Of a stretch of DNA of 64,000 nucleotides, positions 10,883 to 26,125 are shown piece by piece. The DNA is from the human T2T-CHM13v2.0 reference genome, Homo sapiens. The translations under genes were made by a program, and so were the position numbers. Positions within the stretch are counted from its first letter, which is position 1. Each line of letters opens with the position of its first letter. The DNA lies in the NCBI RefSeq assembly GCF_009914755.1, contig NC_060944.1; one strand, given 5' to 3'. The notes below the pieces were generated by a model. It saw only the letters and a list, made by a program, of their open reading frames with translations, did not search any database and had not been told where the DNA came from.

Positions 10883-12873
10883 AATTAATCTGCACGTATA
10901 TAAACACTAAAAGGAGAAATTCCAAGTGTCTGTTCTCTGAAGGAAAGCAATCACTCGCCATTCTTGGCAATTCCTCAAAGGTTTTTGAGACCAAACATCT
11001 TTACTCCCCAAATTAAGAATACAAAAATAGGCTGCAAAACTTGCCAAGTACTCACAAGTCCCTGTTTGAGACAAATAAGATGTGGTCCCTATTGGGACAG
11101 GGAGGGCAGAAGATGACACTTTAGAAGAACATGATTTTGGTTTCAAAAGCAAGACCTCTCCTGGAAGGCAGAAGGGGCCACCGCCATGCTTGTCCTTGGA
11201 GCCACATGAGCACGGTGCCCTGCCAGGTCCAGTTCCCTGGGTAGGGGAGAAGGACGGTCCCTAAAACACCACCAGTGCTTCTTGCCCAAAGCCCTTGCCC
11301 TCTCTCTGGGGTCTTCTAGCACTGTCACTCTGCCCAGCCCAGGAGGTGTCTGTGCCCACGAAGCCTGGTACTTGTGGCTTGGCACTCTGGGAAGCAGGTG
11401 GTTTCTAAGAAATGAGCGGAGCTACAGGTGGACAGGTCTTTAGTTCGCCCCTCTTTACCAGCTACTCTCAGAGCAACCGGTCTTGGGGAAATTGAGGATT
11501 TACCATTTAGAACAGCTCTGTAAGCAAGTTTTCTAATTTTCAAAGGCACCATTTCCTGTAATTTTCTCAATTCAAAAAAGGACATGAGGGTTAGGCTAAA
11601 GTAGAGTTCTTGTTTCCAAGTTTGGGGACATAAATATAAAACTTTAAAAGCATCCTCACAAGGACCAGTGATGCCCAGCACCCTTGGGCATGCATCCAGC
11701 ACACCGGCCAGACCCTGGGGTGGGAGCCACGGGCACTCTGGGTGTTCTGCCAGGGATCTCTGCATGCAAGTCTTTGTGCTAAAGACCACCCTACCTCTGA
11801 TAATTCCAAGAAGTCAACAAATCCCTCCAGCCTTCACCCTTACTAATGGGCCAGTGTGTTATTCCTTCCCAAACCATAGGAGGCTCTGAAATGAGTGTGG
11901 AGAAAGGGCTCTGAAAACCGCAGTGGTCAAAGCTTCAGGCTGTGGCTATAGATTTCCACTTACGTCCCTACCCCATGTCTTTTTTCCATCTTTCTCTCAC
12001 TCCAAACATGTCTAGATTAAAAAAAAAATGCAGGCACATAGGTCAGCACATTAGGCTTAACAACAAATGTTTCTTTAGTTGATCTGATAACTGAAAAGTT
12101 ATGGTCCATGATTCAAACTCCCATGAAAAAGCAGAATTACGGTAACAACTAAAGAGAATGGTAAAGCATCCAACGCTAATCACATTGCCAGTCCATTTTT
12201 TGAACTGAGGGTTACAGCAGGTTCTGCACTGAGTAGCCCACAAGGCAAAGCAAGCCTGACATGAAACGTAGCCGGTCATCACTTAATGCAGCAGAGATCT
12301 CTTCAAAGGTACTGCTTCCTTGAGGAACACAAAGGGGGCACAAAGGGGTTCCAGACGTAGCTTTGTGCCTATAACTTCCCTGCCTGACTGTGGAAGGTGA
12401 GGGGCACCTGTGACCCAGCAATCCCCAGAGAACAGACACAGGTCATTTTTAGAGATGACGTAACTGACAATGCACTGCTTGGCTAACCAAAGTTTCTACG
12501 TAATGACAGTGTTGATAATCTGATGTTTTATTTAACATATAGAGGTGGATGTATATGTTAAAAGCTTGATTCTGTGTCTATGAATATGACTATGAACTCT
12601 GAACTATTTTATCCATTGGAAGGTAAAGGAAAGGTCCTACATTGTGGGAGGAAGAACTGATGAGAACCCCATCTTGCTTGCTGCTTGCTTGGTGGTGGGC
12701 AGGCCGAGGGTAGCGGCAGGCTCTGGGCTGTCTGCGAGGATTCTGGAAGCTCTCCCAGGTGCCCAGCAGCCGGGCATGGGAACGGCATGTGGCAGCAGAG
12801 AGTCGGGTTTGGCTCTTCCACGTGGCAGGCGGTTTCCCAGACTGGCCAGTCCTTCACATTAATCAGATCAAAT

Positions 12874-12884
12874 TCAGTCTGTTT
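12874..12884 (-). CDS. ZHX3: ZHX3 last coding segment (G|AA ACA GAC TGA = ETD*)
   Basis: - strand acceptor gttttcttctcag|; phase 1 matches the donor at 29886 and gives 956 aa. Confidence 0.92.
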
Positions 12885-14723
12885 CTGAGAAGAAAACACA
12901 TGCCTGTCACTCTACGGCAGCTGCCACCACCTGCCCCCCAGGCAGCCTGGTCCTTGCTATACCAGGGTGGCATCACTGGCTTTGAGGACCTCTTAATTCC
13001 ATGAGCAATGAATGGCCTTCTGCCACCCACTCCCCCACCCTCCAGCCTGAGGGAATGTGGGTTAAGGACAGGATGCTGGCTCAACCTTGTAAGGCCATCA
13101 GACTCTCTGAGAGACCCTGCTAAACCCTAGGCCTAGCAGCAGGAGCAGTGGTTTGGCCTCTCCAGGCCCACTAAATCCCCCTAGCTCCCCAGGCTTCCGC
13201 CACCACCGTCTCTGGAGTCCTGTCCTAAAATGCTTCATCCTGCCCTCTCCTTCCAGGCTCTCCAGAACATACTGTTCCAATATAATAGCAGCTGGGTCTA
13301 GTTCTGATATGTATTCTACTGATGTCTTCACTTCATTTGTAACTTGCAACCCTAACATCAAAGTCAAAGTAAGGCTGATATCAGAGAGGTTCATCATCTG
13401 TGATTCATAAAGAAATGGTCCTTAATTGCAGCTGGCTGAGAAAGCCATGAGAAACCAGGTACAGATAAACAGATTGGCCCTTCCTGTACCCACAGTTACC
13501 TGTCTCAGACAGAAGAGAACAATGCCAATGGCAATGGCCACCCCCTGCCATTCCTGCTCTGTCCCACAAAGGACAGCAACATGTCACTTTGTGTTGGATT
13601 TAGTAGCTGAGGGGAGCCAATGCTTGTCATTCAAATCCACTCATCACATTTCCATGTTGACTTTAAGAAAAAAACCATGGTAAAATATAAATAACATAAA
13701 ATTCACCATTACGACAATTTTAAGTGTACAATTCAGTAGCATTAAGTACATTTACAATGTTATAAAACCATCACTCTATTTCCAGCAATTTTTCATCATC
13801 CTAAACAGAAATTATATATCCATTAAACAACAACTCCCCATGTCCTCCACCCCTTAGGCCCTGGTAACCTCTATTTTACCTTCTATCGCTATGCCTTTGC
13901 CTATTTTAGATACCTCATGTAAGTTGAATGGTACAATATTTGTCTTTTTGTGTCTTGACATCTCACTTAGCAAAAATGTTTTCAAGGTCCATCCATGTTG
14001 TAGGATATATCAGAATTTTATTCCTTTTTTGGCTGAATAATATCTTACTGTATGTACACACACATTTTCTTTATTTATCTGGTGGTAAGTACTTGTTTCC
14101 GCCTTTTGGCTACTGTGAATAATGCCACTAAGAACACTGATGTACATGCATATGTGAGTCCCTGTTTTCAGTCCTTGGGGCGTATACCTAGGAGTGAAAT
14201 TGCTGGATCACATGGTAATATTCTATATTCACCTTCTTGAAGAACCACAAAGTCGTTTCCCAAGGAGCTGTACCATTTTATATTCCCACCAGCAATGCAC
14301 AAGGGATCCAGTTTCTCCACATCCTCCCAACACGTTGTTTTCTCTGGGTGTGTGTTTGTAACAGCCATCTTAAGTGTGAAGTGGTATCACGCTGTGGTTT
14401 TGATTTGCATTTCCCTAATGCCAAAGGTTCGTCTTTTCATGTACTTATTGGCCATTTGTATATTTTCCTATGAGAAATGTCTAAATCATTTGCCCGTTTT
14501 TGAATTGGTTTTGTTGTTCAGTTTTAGGAGTTCTATACATATTCTGAATATAAATCTCTTATCAGATGTATGATTTTCAGCTCTTTTCTCCCATTCTGTG
14601 GGTTCTTTCATTCTTTTAACAGTGTTCTTTGAAACACAAAAGTTTTAGATTTTGACGTAATCCAAATTATTATTTTCTTTTGTTGCCTATGCTTTGAGTG
14701 TCATACATAAGAAATCATTGCCT

Positions 14724-15029
14724 GGCCAGATGGGGTGGCTTGCACCTGTAATCTCAGCACTTTGGGAGGTTGGGGAGGAATGCTTGAAGTCAGGAGTTCA
14801 AGACCAGCCTGGGCAACATAGCGAGATCCTGTCTACACACACACCCACACACAAAATAGTAATAATAAAATTAGCCAGGTGTGCACACTTGTAATCCTAG
14901 CTACTCAGGAGGCTAAGGTGGGATGACTGCTTGAGCCCAGGAGTTTGAAACTGCAGTAGGTTTGATTGTACCACTGCACTCCAGCAACAGAGCAAGAACC
15001 TGTCTCAAAAAAAAAAAAAAAAAAAAAAA
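14724..15029 (+). mobile_element. AluJ
   Basis: Alu dimer, A-tail, TSD aagaaatcattgcct/aagtaataattgcct. Confidence 0.93.
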
Positions 15030-15296
15030 GTAATAATTGCCTAATCAAAAATCTGGAAGGATTCTATTTTCTTCTAAGTATTTTATAGCTTTAGCTTTTT
15101 TTAGTTCTTTGACCTATTTTAAGTAAATTTCTGTATATAGTACAAGGTAAGAGTATAATTTCATACTTTTGCATGTATATATCCAGTTTCCCAGCACCTT
15201 TTGGTGAAAAGACTGTCTTTTCCCATTGAATGGTCTTTGCACCCCTGTCAAAAATCAATTGACCATTACGTGGGGATTTCTGGGCTTTTTATTTTA

Positions 15297-15410
<114 letters not shown>

Positions 15411-16090
15411 TCAGTTTGTCTATTTGGGGTCCCCTGAGATTCTATATAAACTTTAGGATGGATTATTCTTTTATAATTGATAGTTTACATATTTATGGGG
15501 TACATGTGAATATTTTTTACATGCACAGAATGTGTAATGATCAAGTCAGCATATTTAGGGTATCCATCACCTTAGTATTTATTATTTCTGTGTGTTGGTA
15601 ATATTTCAAGTCCTCTATTCTAGCTACTTTGAAATATACAATATGTTGTTGCTAACCATAGTCACACTAGTCTGCTATTTAACATTAGACTTTGTTTCTT
15701 CTATCTACTATAAGTCTATACCCATTTACCAACCTCTTTTCATTTCCCCCTTCTACTCTCACACCCTTCCCAACCTGTGCTATCTATCATTCTATTCTCT
15801 ATCTCCATGAAATCAAGATTTTTAGCTGCCACATATGAGTAAGAACGTGTATTTGTCTTTCTGTGCCTGGGATATTCCAATGAACATAATGACCTCCAGT
15901 TCTATTATTTTTTGTCTTTTTAATAATAGCCATTCTAACTGGGATAAAATGACATCTCATTGTGGTTTTGATTTGTATTTCCCTTTTGATTTGTGATGTT
16001 GAGTGTTCTTTAATATACCTATTGGCCATGTGTATGTCTTCTTTTGTGAATTGTCTATTCATGTCTTTTGTCCCCCCACCCACCCCCACC

Positions 16091-16402
<312 letters not shown>

Positions 16403-17452
16403 TGATTTTTTGTTGAATTCCTTATATATTCTAGATATTAGTCCTTTGTTGGATGAATAGTTTTGCAAATATTTTCTCCCACTCAACATATTGTCTCTGT
16501 GCTGATTATTTCCTTTGCTATGCAAAAGATTTTTAATATAGTTCCCTTTGTCTATTTTTGTTTTAGTTGTGTTTTTGAGGTCTTAGCCATAAAATCGTTG
16601 CTCAGACCAATGTCCTGAAGTGTTCTGCACTGTTTTCTTCTAGTAGTTTCATAATTCAAGGTCTTATATTTAAATCTTTAATCTGTCTTAACTTTTGTAT
16701 ATGGTGAGAGATACAGGTCCAGTTTTATTCTTTTGCTTATGGATATCTAATTTTCCCAGCATCATTTATTGAAGAGGGTGTCCTTTCCTCATTGCATGTT
16801 CTTGGCACCTTTGTTGAAAATCAGCTGGCTGTAAATATGTGGCTTTATTTCTGGGTTCTATTTTCTTTTCCTTTGGTCTGTGGGTCTATTTTTATACCAA
16901 TACCATGTTGTTTTGGTTACTATAGCCTTGTGATATATTTTGAAGTCAGGTAATGTGATGCCTACAGCTTTGTTCTTTTTGCTTAGGATTGCTTTGACTA
17001 TTTTAGCTCTTTCGTGGTTCTGTACAAATTTTAGGGTTTTTTTCTACTCCTGTGAAAAAATCACATTGGTATTTTGATAGCAATTGCATTGAATCTGTAG
17101 ATTGCTTTGGACAGTGTGGCCATTTTAATATTAATTTTTCCAATCCATAAGCTTGGGATGTCTTTCCATTTGTGTCCTCTTCAGTTTCTTTCATCAGTGT
17201 TTTACAGTTTTCCTTGCAGAGATCTTTCACTTCCTTGATTAAATTTATTCGTAAGTATCTTTTTTTATTTTTGGTAGCTATTGTAAATCAGATTACCTTC
17301 TTGATTTCTTTTTCAGCTATTTTATTATTGGTGTATAGAAACTCTGATTTTTGTACGTTAACTTTATATCCTGCCACTGTGCTGAATTTGCTTACCAGCT
17401 TTAAGAGTTTTGGTGGAGCATTTTTGGTTTTTCTAAGTATCAGATCATGTCA

Positions 17453-17575
<123 letters not shown>

Positions 17576-17838
17576 TCATGTTCCAGTTTTCAGAAGAAGG
17601 ATTTTCAGCTTTTCCCCATTCAGTATGATGCTAGCTGTGGGTTTATTATTTATGGCCTTTACTATCTTCTTTCTATGCAGTTTTCTGAGTGTTTTTTTTT
17701 TATCATGAAGCAATGTTGAATTTTATCAAATGCTTTTTCTGTTTATTGAGATGACCATACGATTTTTGCTCTTCATTCTGTTGATGTAATGTATTGCATT
17801 AACTGAATGGTGTATGTTAAACCATCCTTGCATTATAA

Positions 17839-18155
17839 TTTTTTGAGACAGAGTTTCGCTCTTGTAGCCCAGGCGGAAGCACAGGGGTGCAATCTTGTAG
17901 CCCAGGCGGAAGCACAGGGGTGCAATCTCGGCTCACTGCAACCTCTGCTTCCTGGGTTCAAGCAATTCTCCTGCCTCAGCCTCCTGAGTAGCTAGGATTA
18001 CAGGCATGTGCCACCATGCCTGGCTAATTTTGTATTTTTAGAGATAGGGTTTCACCATGTTGGCCAGGCTGGTCTCAAGCTCCTGACCTCAGGTGATCTG
18101 CCCACCTTGACCTCCCAAAGTGCTGGAATTACAGGCATGAGCCACCATGCCCAGC
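17839..18155 (-). mobile_element. AluS with internal 33-bp tandem duplication
   Basis: Alu dimer; exact repeat 17860-17892/17893-17925. Confidence 0.93.
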
Positions 18156-21100
18156 CAAGGATTATTGATATGTGAGGTTTTGTTATTGTTATACTGTTGT
18201 TTTCTAGTTGTTTTATATATTTTTTTCCTTTTTCTTTTGTTTGGCATTGTACTCTGGTAGTTTTCTGTAGTGGTAGCATTTGAGTCTTTTCCTCATCTGT
18301 GTGTTTGCTTTGCCAGTGAGTTTTATACTTTTGTGTGTTTTACATAGTGTTAAATGTCATGTTTTCACTTCCATGTTTAGGACTCTTGTGAGCATTTCTT
18401 GTAGGGCCAGTCTAGTGGTGATCAATTCTCTCAGCTTTTGCCTGTCTTGGAAATACTTTATTTCTCCTTCATTTATGAAGGATAATTTTGCTAGACATAG
18501 TATCCTTGGCTTACTTTTTTTCCCCTTCAGCCCTGTCAACATATTATCTCATTTTCTCCTGATCTGTAAGGTTTCTGCTGAAATCCACTGTTAGTCTGAT
18601 GGGGCTTCCTTTATAGTTGCTTACACACATTTCTCTTGCTGTCCTTAGAATTATCTGACTTTAGAGAGTCTGACTATAATGTGCCATAGAGAATACCTTT
18701 TTGCACTGTATCCATTTAGAGGCTATCAGGGCCTCCTATATCTAGATGTCTAAATCTCTTGTGAGATTTGGGAAGTTTTCACCTATTAATATTATTTCAT
18801 TAAATAGGTTTTCTCACTCTTTCATTTTCTCTTAACCCTCTGGGATCCCAATAATTTAGATATGTAGTTGCTTTATTGTGTCCCATATGTCACAAAGGCT
18901 TTGCTCATTTTTTATTCTTTTTTATTTCTGAGTTATGTCAAAAGACCTGTGTTCTAGCTCTAAGACTTTTTTTTCTGCTTGATCTAATATATTGTTGAAG
19001 CTTTCAATTGTATTCTGTACTTTGTTTCATGAAGTCTTCTATTCCAGCATTTGCTTTTTTATGACATATATCTCTTTGATAAAATTATCATTCATTTCCC
19101 AAATTGTTTTTCTTTTTCACATTCTCTTACATCTCATTGAGCTTCCTTACACTCAATAATTTGAATTCTTTTTCTGGGATTTTGTGAGTTTATTTTTTAT
19201 TGGAATCTATTGCAGGAAATTTATTGTGTTCCTTCTGAGGTGTCATATTTCCTTGCTTTTTCATGTTTGTGTCCTTATGTTGATATCTGCACATCTGGTG
19301 TAACAGTTGTTTCTTCTAATTTTTTGCATTTGCATTTGTAAGGGAGGACTTTTTCCTAGACGTATCTATGGTGTTGTTTGGGTAGGACACTTTGGCTTTG
19401 ATTCTTGGTATGTGCAGTAGTGTAGTCTCTGTATGATTTCTTTGGCTATAAATAGCATCAGTGGTATCTGTGATTTCCTCAGTGGCTGAGTAGTTACTAG
19501 TGGAAGCTATGGTAAAATTTTGCTAAGGACTGGAATGCCAGGTGGGCCATTCTCCAGGCACCAGTGGTAGCAGCAGTGGACAGAGCATGCCTGTCTTTGG
19601 ACCTCAGAGGAGGATACAATGGCACCAGTGTTAGTGGGTTCAAGCAGGCTGATTCTTGGGCTTTCGGGTGGCTTACTCAGATGTCAGTAGTGGCAGCAGT
19701 TCCCAGGCATGTGATCAGGTTCTCAGGCCCCTGGGCAGCTGGCGTGGCATGGGAGATGGCAGTGACAGTGTTGAAATGACCCTCTGGGTCCCAAGTGATA
19801 TGTGCTTGTGTTGGCAGTGGCTGCAACAGGCTGGGCGGCCCATTCTGCAGGCCCACAAGTGGTACATACAGGTAGTAGTGGCCAAGTGGGTAAGCCCCAA
19901 CCTCAGGTACCCAAGAGGAGTATTCAAGTGCCAATGGTGGTGGACTAGGCTGGACAATCCCCCAGCCCCTAGACTGTGTGCTCTGGCCACGGAGGTGGTG
20001 GTGTAAAGCCAGGCTGGGCAGTCTCATCTTCAGGCTCCCTATGATGTGTGCAGGTGCCAACCAAGGTGGGCAGGTGCAGGGCAATCCCTAGGCCACCTTC
20101 AGAATGCTTGGATAGGGAGTGGCAGTGCTGTACTACTACCTTCCATTGGAGAGCACAGGGTTGCTGGCCAGTGGGGAATGCATGTGCCACTCACACCTCA
20201 CTCAGCTCCAGTGGCACTTGTGCCTCAGCCCCTGCTATGGTAGCTGGCACCATAGTTGTACCTCAGCCACAACAACAGGAGCACATGCCTTGTAGTGCTT
20301 CAGCCCCAGCTGCAGTAACCCAGTCACTTATGCCTCAGCTCTGGGGAAAACAGTCTGCAGTTCTCTTACACCTCAGCCCTGGCACTCAGGGACTCCAGGA
20401 CAGTGTACAGTCTTTTGGGGGGTGGGCTTTAAATGGCATCTTGCTGTAGCTGTTTTGTTCTCAGGAAGTGTGGGGGACCCAGTGCGAGCTCCGTTCTGGA
20501 GCAGTTCCATTGAACAATCTCCTGGCACCTCCTATGTTAAGTTTCAGGGACTGCAAGGGCTGAGGAGCTCTCCCGTGGCTAGAACTGCAGAATACTTTCA
20601 TGGTGGAAATGTGGACCACTGAGGGTCTCTCACTTACCTTTTCCCCATGCTGGGGGGTCTCTCTCAGTTCCCAGCCAATCCCAGCTGAACAGGCTGCCTT
20701 GCTTCTTTTTCCTTCCTTACTTTGTTTCCTGTCTCTTTTCCGTGAATTCCAGTGTTCTGTCTTGGATAATCTATTCAAAGTGTGATTATCTACTCTCTAT
20801 TTTTGTTCTTAATGGAAGAGGCGAGTACAAAATGCCTCTAGTCAGCCATTTTGGTTGGGTCTTCCTGGATTTTCTTATTTCTGTAAAAATGCGACTATGC
20901 TTTTGATAGATTTTACATTGACTCTGTAGTTTGCTTTGGGTCACGTCTACATCTTAATATCAATCCATGAACATGGGATATCTTTCTATTTATTTAGGTT
21001 ATCTTTAATGTTTTTCAGCAACATTTTGTTGTTTTCAAGATACACTTCTTTGGCCTCCTTGGTTAAATGTATTCCTAAGCACTTTTTCTTTTTGATGCCC

Positions 21101-21169
21101 TTGTAAATGATACCATTTTTAAAATTTTCTTTTCAGATTGTTCATTGCAAGTGTATAAAAATACGACCA

Positions 21170-21277
21170 ATTTTTTTAGACAGATAGGGTCTCACTATGT
21201 TGCCCAGGCTGGCCTCCTTGAATTCCTGCCTCAGCCTCCCAAGTAGTGGGACTACAGTTATGTCACTGTGCCCAGCT
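21170..21277 (-). mobile_element. Alu monomer (FLAM/FAM-like)
   Basis: About 105-bp monomer with degenerate TSD aaatac...ttttt. Confidence 0.8.
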
Positions 21278-21336
21278 AAATACAAATGATTTTTTTTGTT
21301 TTTATATCCTGCAGCTTTGCCAAGTTCATTTATTAG

Positions 21337-21682
<346 letters not shown>

Positions 21683-22810
21683 TCAAGTTTCTACATATAT
21701 GATCATGTCATCTGTGAACAAAGATAATTTTACTTCTTCCTTTCGAACTTGGATCCTTTTATTTATTTTTTTTGCCTAACTGCTCTGGCTAGAACTTCCA
21801 ATGCTGTTTTGAATAGATGTGGCAAAACTGGGCATCTTTATTTTATTCCTGATCTCAGGGGAAAAGTTTTCGGTCTTTCCCCATTGTTGAGTATGATGTT
21901 AATTGTGGGCTTTTCATATATGGTCTTCATCATATTGTCATATTCCTAGTTACTGAGTGTTTATTGTCATGAAAGCAAGTTGACTTGTTAGATGCTCTTT
22001 CTGCTTGAATTAGGATGATGTGTTTTATTCTCTTTATTCTTGTAATGTGGTGAATTACATTGATATTCATGTGCCAGGCAATCCTTGCATTGCAGGGATA
22101 GATCCCTCTTGCTCATGAGGTATAATCCTTTTAGTATGCTGCTGAATTTGGCTTGCTATTTTGTTGGGGATTTTTGTATCTATATTCATAAGAGATATTA
22201 GTCTGTAGATTTCTTTTCTTGTAGTGCCCTTGTCTTGCTCTGGTGTCAGGGTAATGGTGACCTCATGAGTTAAGAAGTGTTTACTCCTCTTCAATTTTTT
22301 TGGAGGAGTTTGAGGAGAACTGGTGTGTTAATTCTTCTTTCAATATTTGGAAGAATTCACCAGGGGTCCTAGACTTGTCACTGTTGGAATGTTTCTGATA
22401 ACAATCTTCTTACCAGTTATTGATATATTTTGGTTTTTTATTTATTTGTCAGTTGATTTTGGGAGAGTGCGGGTTTCTAGGAATTTCATCTAGGTTACCC
22501 AATTTATTGGCACATAACTGTTAATAGTAGTCTCTTATAATATCATATTCATGTGAAAATATCTTATATTCATGTGAAAATGTAACATCCCCTCTTTCCT
22601 TTCTGATGTTAGTAATTTAAGTCTTCTCTTTCATTCTTATTTAAAGGTTTGTCAATTTTGTTTTTTCAAGAACCAACTTTTGGTTTCATTGATTCTCTAT
22701 ATCTGCTCTAACCTTTATTTCCTTCCTTCTGGTAACTTTGGGTTTCATTTGCTCTTTTCTAGTTCTTTAAAGTGTACATTTAGTTTACTGATTTGAGATC
22801 TTAAAAAAAG

Positions 22811-23444
<634 letters not shown>

Positions 23445-23947
23445 TAGGATTGCTTTCACTATGTGTCATAAGTTCTGGTATGCTGTGTTTTCATTTGTCT
23501 CAAGGTATTTTTTACTTTCCCTTATGATTTCTTTGACCCATTAGTTTTTAAATAGTGTGTTAATTTCCACCTATTTGTGTATTTCCACTTTTTTATTTTC
23601 AATGTCTAGTTTCATTCCACTGTAACTGGAATGTACTCTGTATAATCTCAGTTTTTAAAAATGTATTAACACTTGTTTCATGGCTTAACATACGGTTTAT
23701 CCTGGAGAGTATTCCATGTGAATTTGAGAAGACTGTGTATTCTGCTGTTGTTGGGTGGTATTCTGCTTATGTCTATTTGGTCTAATTTGCTTAGAGTGTT
23801 GTTGAAATCCTCTATTTCCTGATTGATCTTCTGTCTGGTTTCTATATCCATTATCGGACATGGAATATTAAAGTCTCCAACTATTTTTGTCTTTCTCCCT
23901 TTAATTCTGTCATTTCTGTTTCATATGTTTTGGAGCTCTGTTAGGGG

Positions 23948-24430
23948 TATATATATATATAATATATATAAATAAATATATAAAAATAAATATATATTTA
24001 TAATAAATATATTTTTATTTCATATATAAATATATATCTTATAAATATATATATTTATATAACATAAATATATATTTATATATATTATAAATATATATTA
24101 TATATAATATATATTTATATAAATATATATATTATATATATTTATATATAATATATATTTATATATTATAAATATATATTATATATAATATTTATATAAA
24201 TATATATTATATATATAAATATGTATTATATATAATATATATTTATATAAATATATATTATATATTATAAATATATTATATATTATATAAATATTATATA
24301 TAATATATATTTATATAAATATATATTATATATTATAAATATATATTATATATTATATATTATATAAATATTATATATAATATATATTATATATAATATA
24401 TATATAATATATATATTTATATATATAAAT
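23948..24430. repeat. About 480-bp interrupted (TA)n / AT-rich simple repeat
   Basis: Almost exclusively A/T with TATA-based units. Confidence 0.97.
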
Positions 24431-24493
24431 ATTTTATCAATATAATATCCTTGTCTCTTGTAACCTTTCTTGATTTAACATTTATTTTGTGTG

Positions 24494-25281
24494 CCTTTTT
24501 CAAAAGAGGACACTGGAGGTGAAGAAGGAAGCTCTTGACTCTCCTAAAGCTGATCCCAAAGTGAAGGCTTTGAAGGCCAAGAAGGCAGTGCTGAAAGGCA
24601 TCCACACAGCCACCAAGAAAAAAAAAAAAAAGATTCACACATCACCCACCTTCCTGTGGCCCAAGACATTATGACTCTGAAGACAGCCTCAATATCCTCA
24701 GAAGAGCACTACCAGGAGAAATAAGCTTGACCACTATGCCATCATCAAGTTCCCAATAACCAGTGACCACTGAGTCTGATGTGAATTAGATAGAAGACAA
24801 CAATACACCTGTGTTCACTGTGGATGTTAAAAGCCAAAAAGTACCAGGTCAGGCTGTGAAGCAGCTCTATGACACTGATGTGGTCAAAGTCAACACATTG
24901 ATCAGGGCTGATGGAGAGAAGAAGGCGTATGTTCAACTGGCTCCTGATTACAATGCTTCTGAGGTTGCCAACAAAACTGGGATCATCTTGGCTGAGTCTT
25001 GCTGGCTAATTCTAAATTATATATATATAACATGTTATACATATATTTTATATATAATTGTATATATTTAAAATACATATATATTTTATATATAATTGTA
25101 TATATTTAAAATACATATATATTTTATATATAATTGTATATATTTAAAATACATATATATTTTATATATAATTGTATATATTTAAAATATATATTTTATA
25201 TATAATTGTATATATTTTAAATATATTTTATATATAATTGTATATATTTAAAATATATATATTTTTTTTCTCCAGAAAAAA
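24494..25281 (+). pseudogene. Processed pseudogene of ribosomal protein L23a (RPL23A/uL23); probably RPL23AP81, number from memory
   Basis: Intronless; [53 protein letters not shown]; lost ATG, premature TGA at 24672, frameshifts, 5' pyrimidine tract, short A tail, degenerate TSD ttattttgtgtg/ttattttgtctg. Confidence 0.95.
25020..25262. repeat. AT-rich minisatellite, about 6 copies of a 32-38 bp unit
   Basis: AATTG anchors at 25056, 25094, 25132, 25170, 25204, 25236. Confidence 0.95.
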
Positions 25282-25820
25282 CAGATTATTTTGTCTGGTG
25301 ATAATATAGCCACCTCAGCTGTCATATGGTTACTATTTTCTAGGTGTATCTTTTTCTATCCTTTTACTTTCAACCTCCTTGTGTCCTTATATCTAACATG
25401 AGTCTCTTAAGACAGCATATAAACACTATTTGTTTAACTCCAATCTGCCAATCTTTGTTTTTAATAGAAGAGCTTAATCCCTTTACATTTAATGTGATTA
25501 CAGATCAAGGATTTACTTCTGCCATTTGGCTATTTGTTTTTAATATGTCTTATATGTTTTTGATTCCTCAATTCCATTACTACCTCCTTTTGTATTTATT
25601 TGATTGTTCACAATGTACTGTTTTGATTCTGTTTTTACAATGCACTAATTTGTTAGTTTTACTATTTAGACAGATTACATCTTACATTCTATGCCCATTA
25701 ATATAGATTTATAATTTTTTAATGAATTTGTCTTTTAAATTATAAAGCACAAAGAGAAAAAGTTATAAACCAAAAGTACAATAGTACTGGCTCTTATATT
25801 TACCTCTAAAGTTATCTTAA

Positions 25821-26125
<305 letters not shown>

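Noticed and set aside
12874-12884. C-terminal LETD resembling a caspase-8 site
   Set aside because: It is the extreme C-terminus, so there is nothing to cleave; likely coincidence
23948-25262. Repeat arrays as CRISPR-like
   Set aside because: Tandem AT-rich units without unique spacers; eukaryotic context with no cas genes
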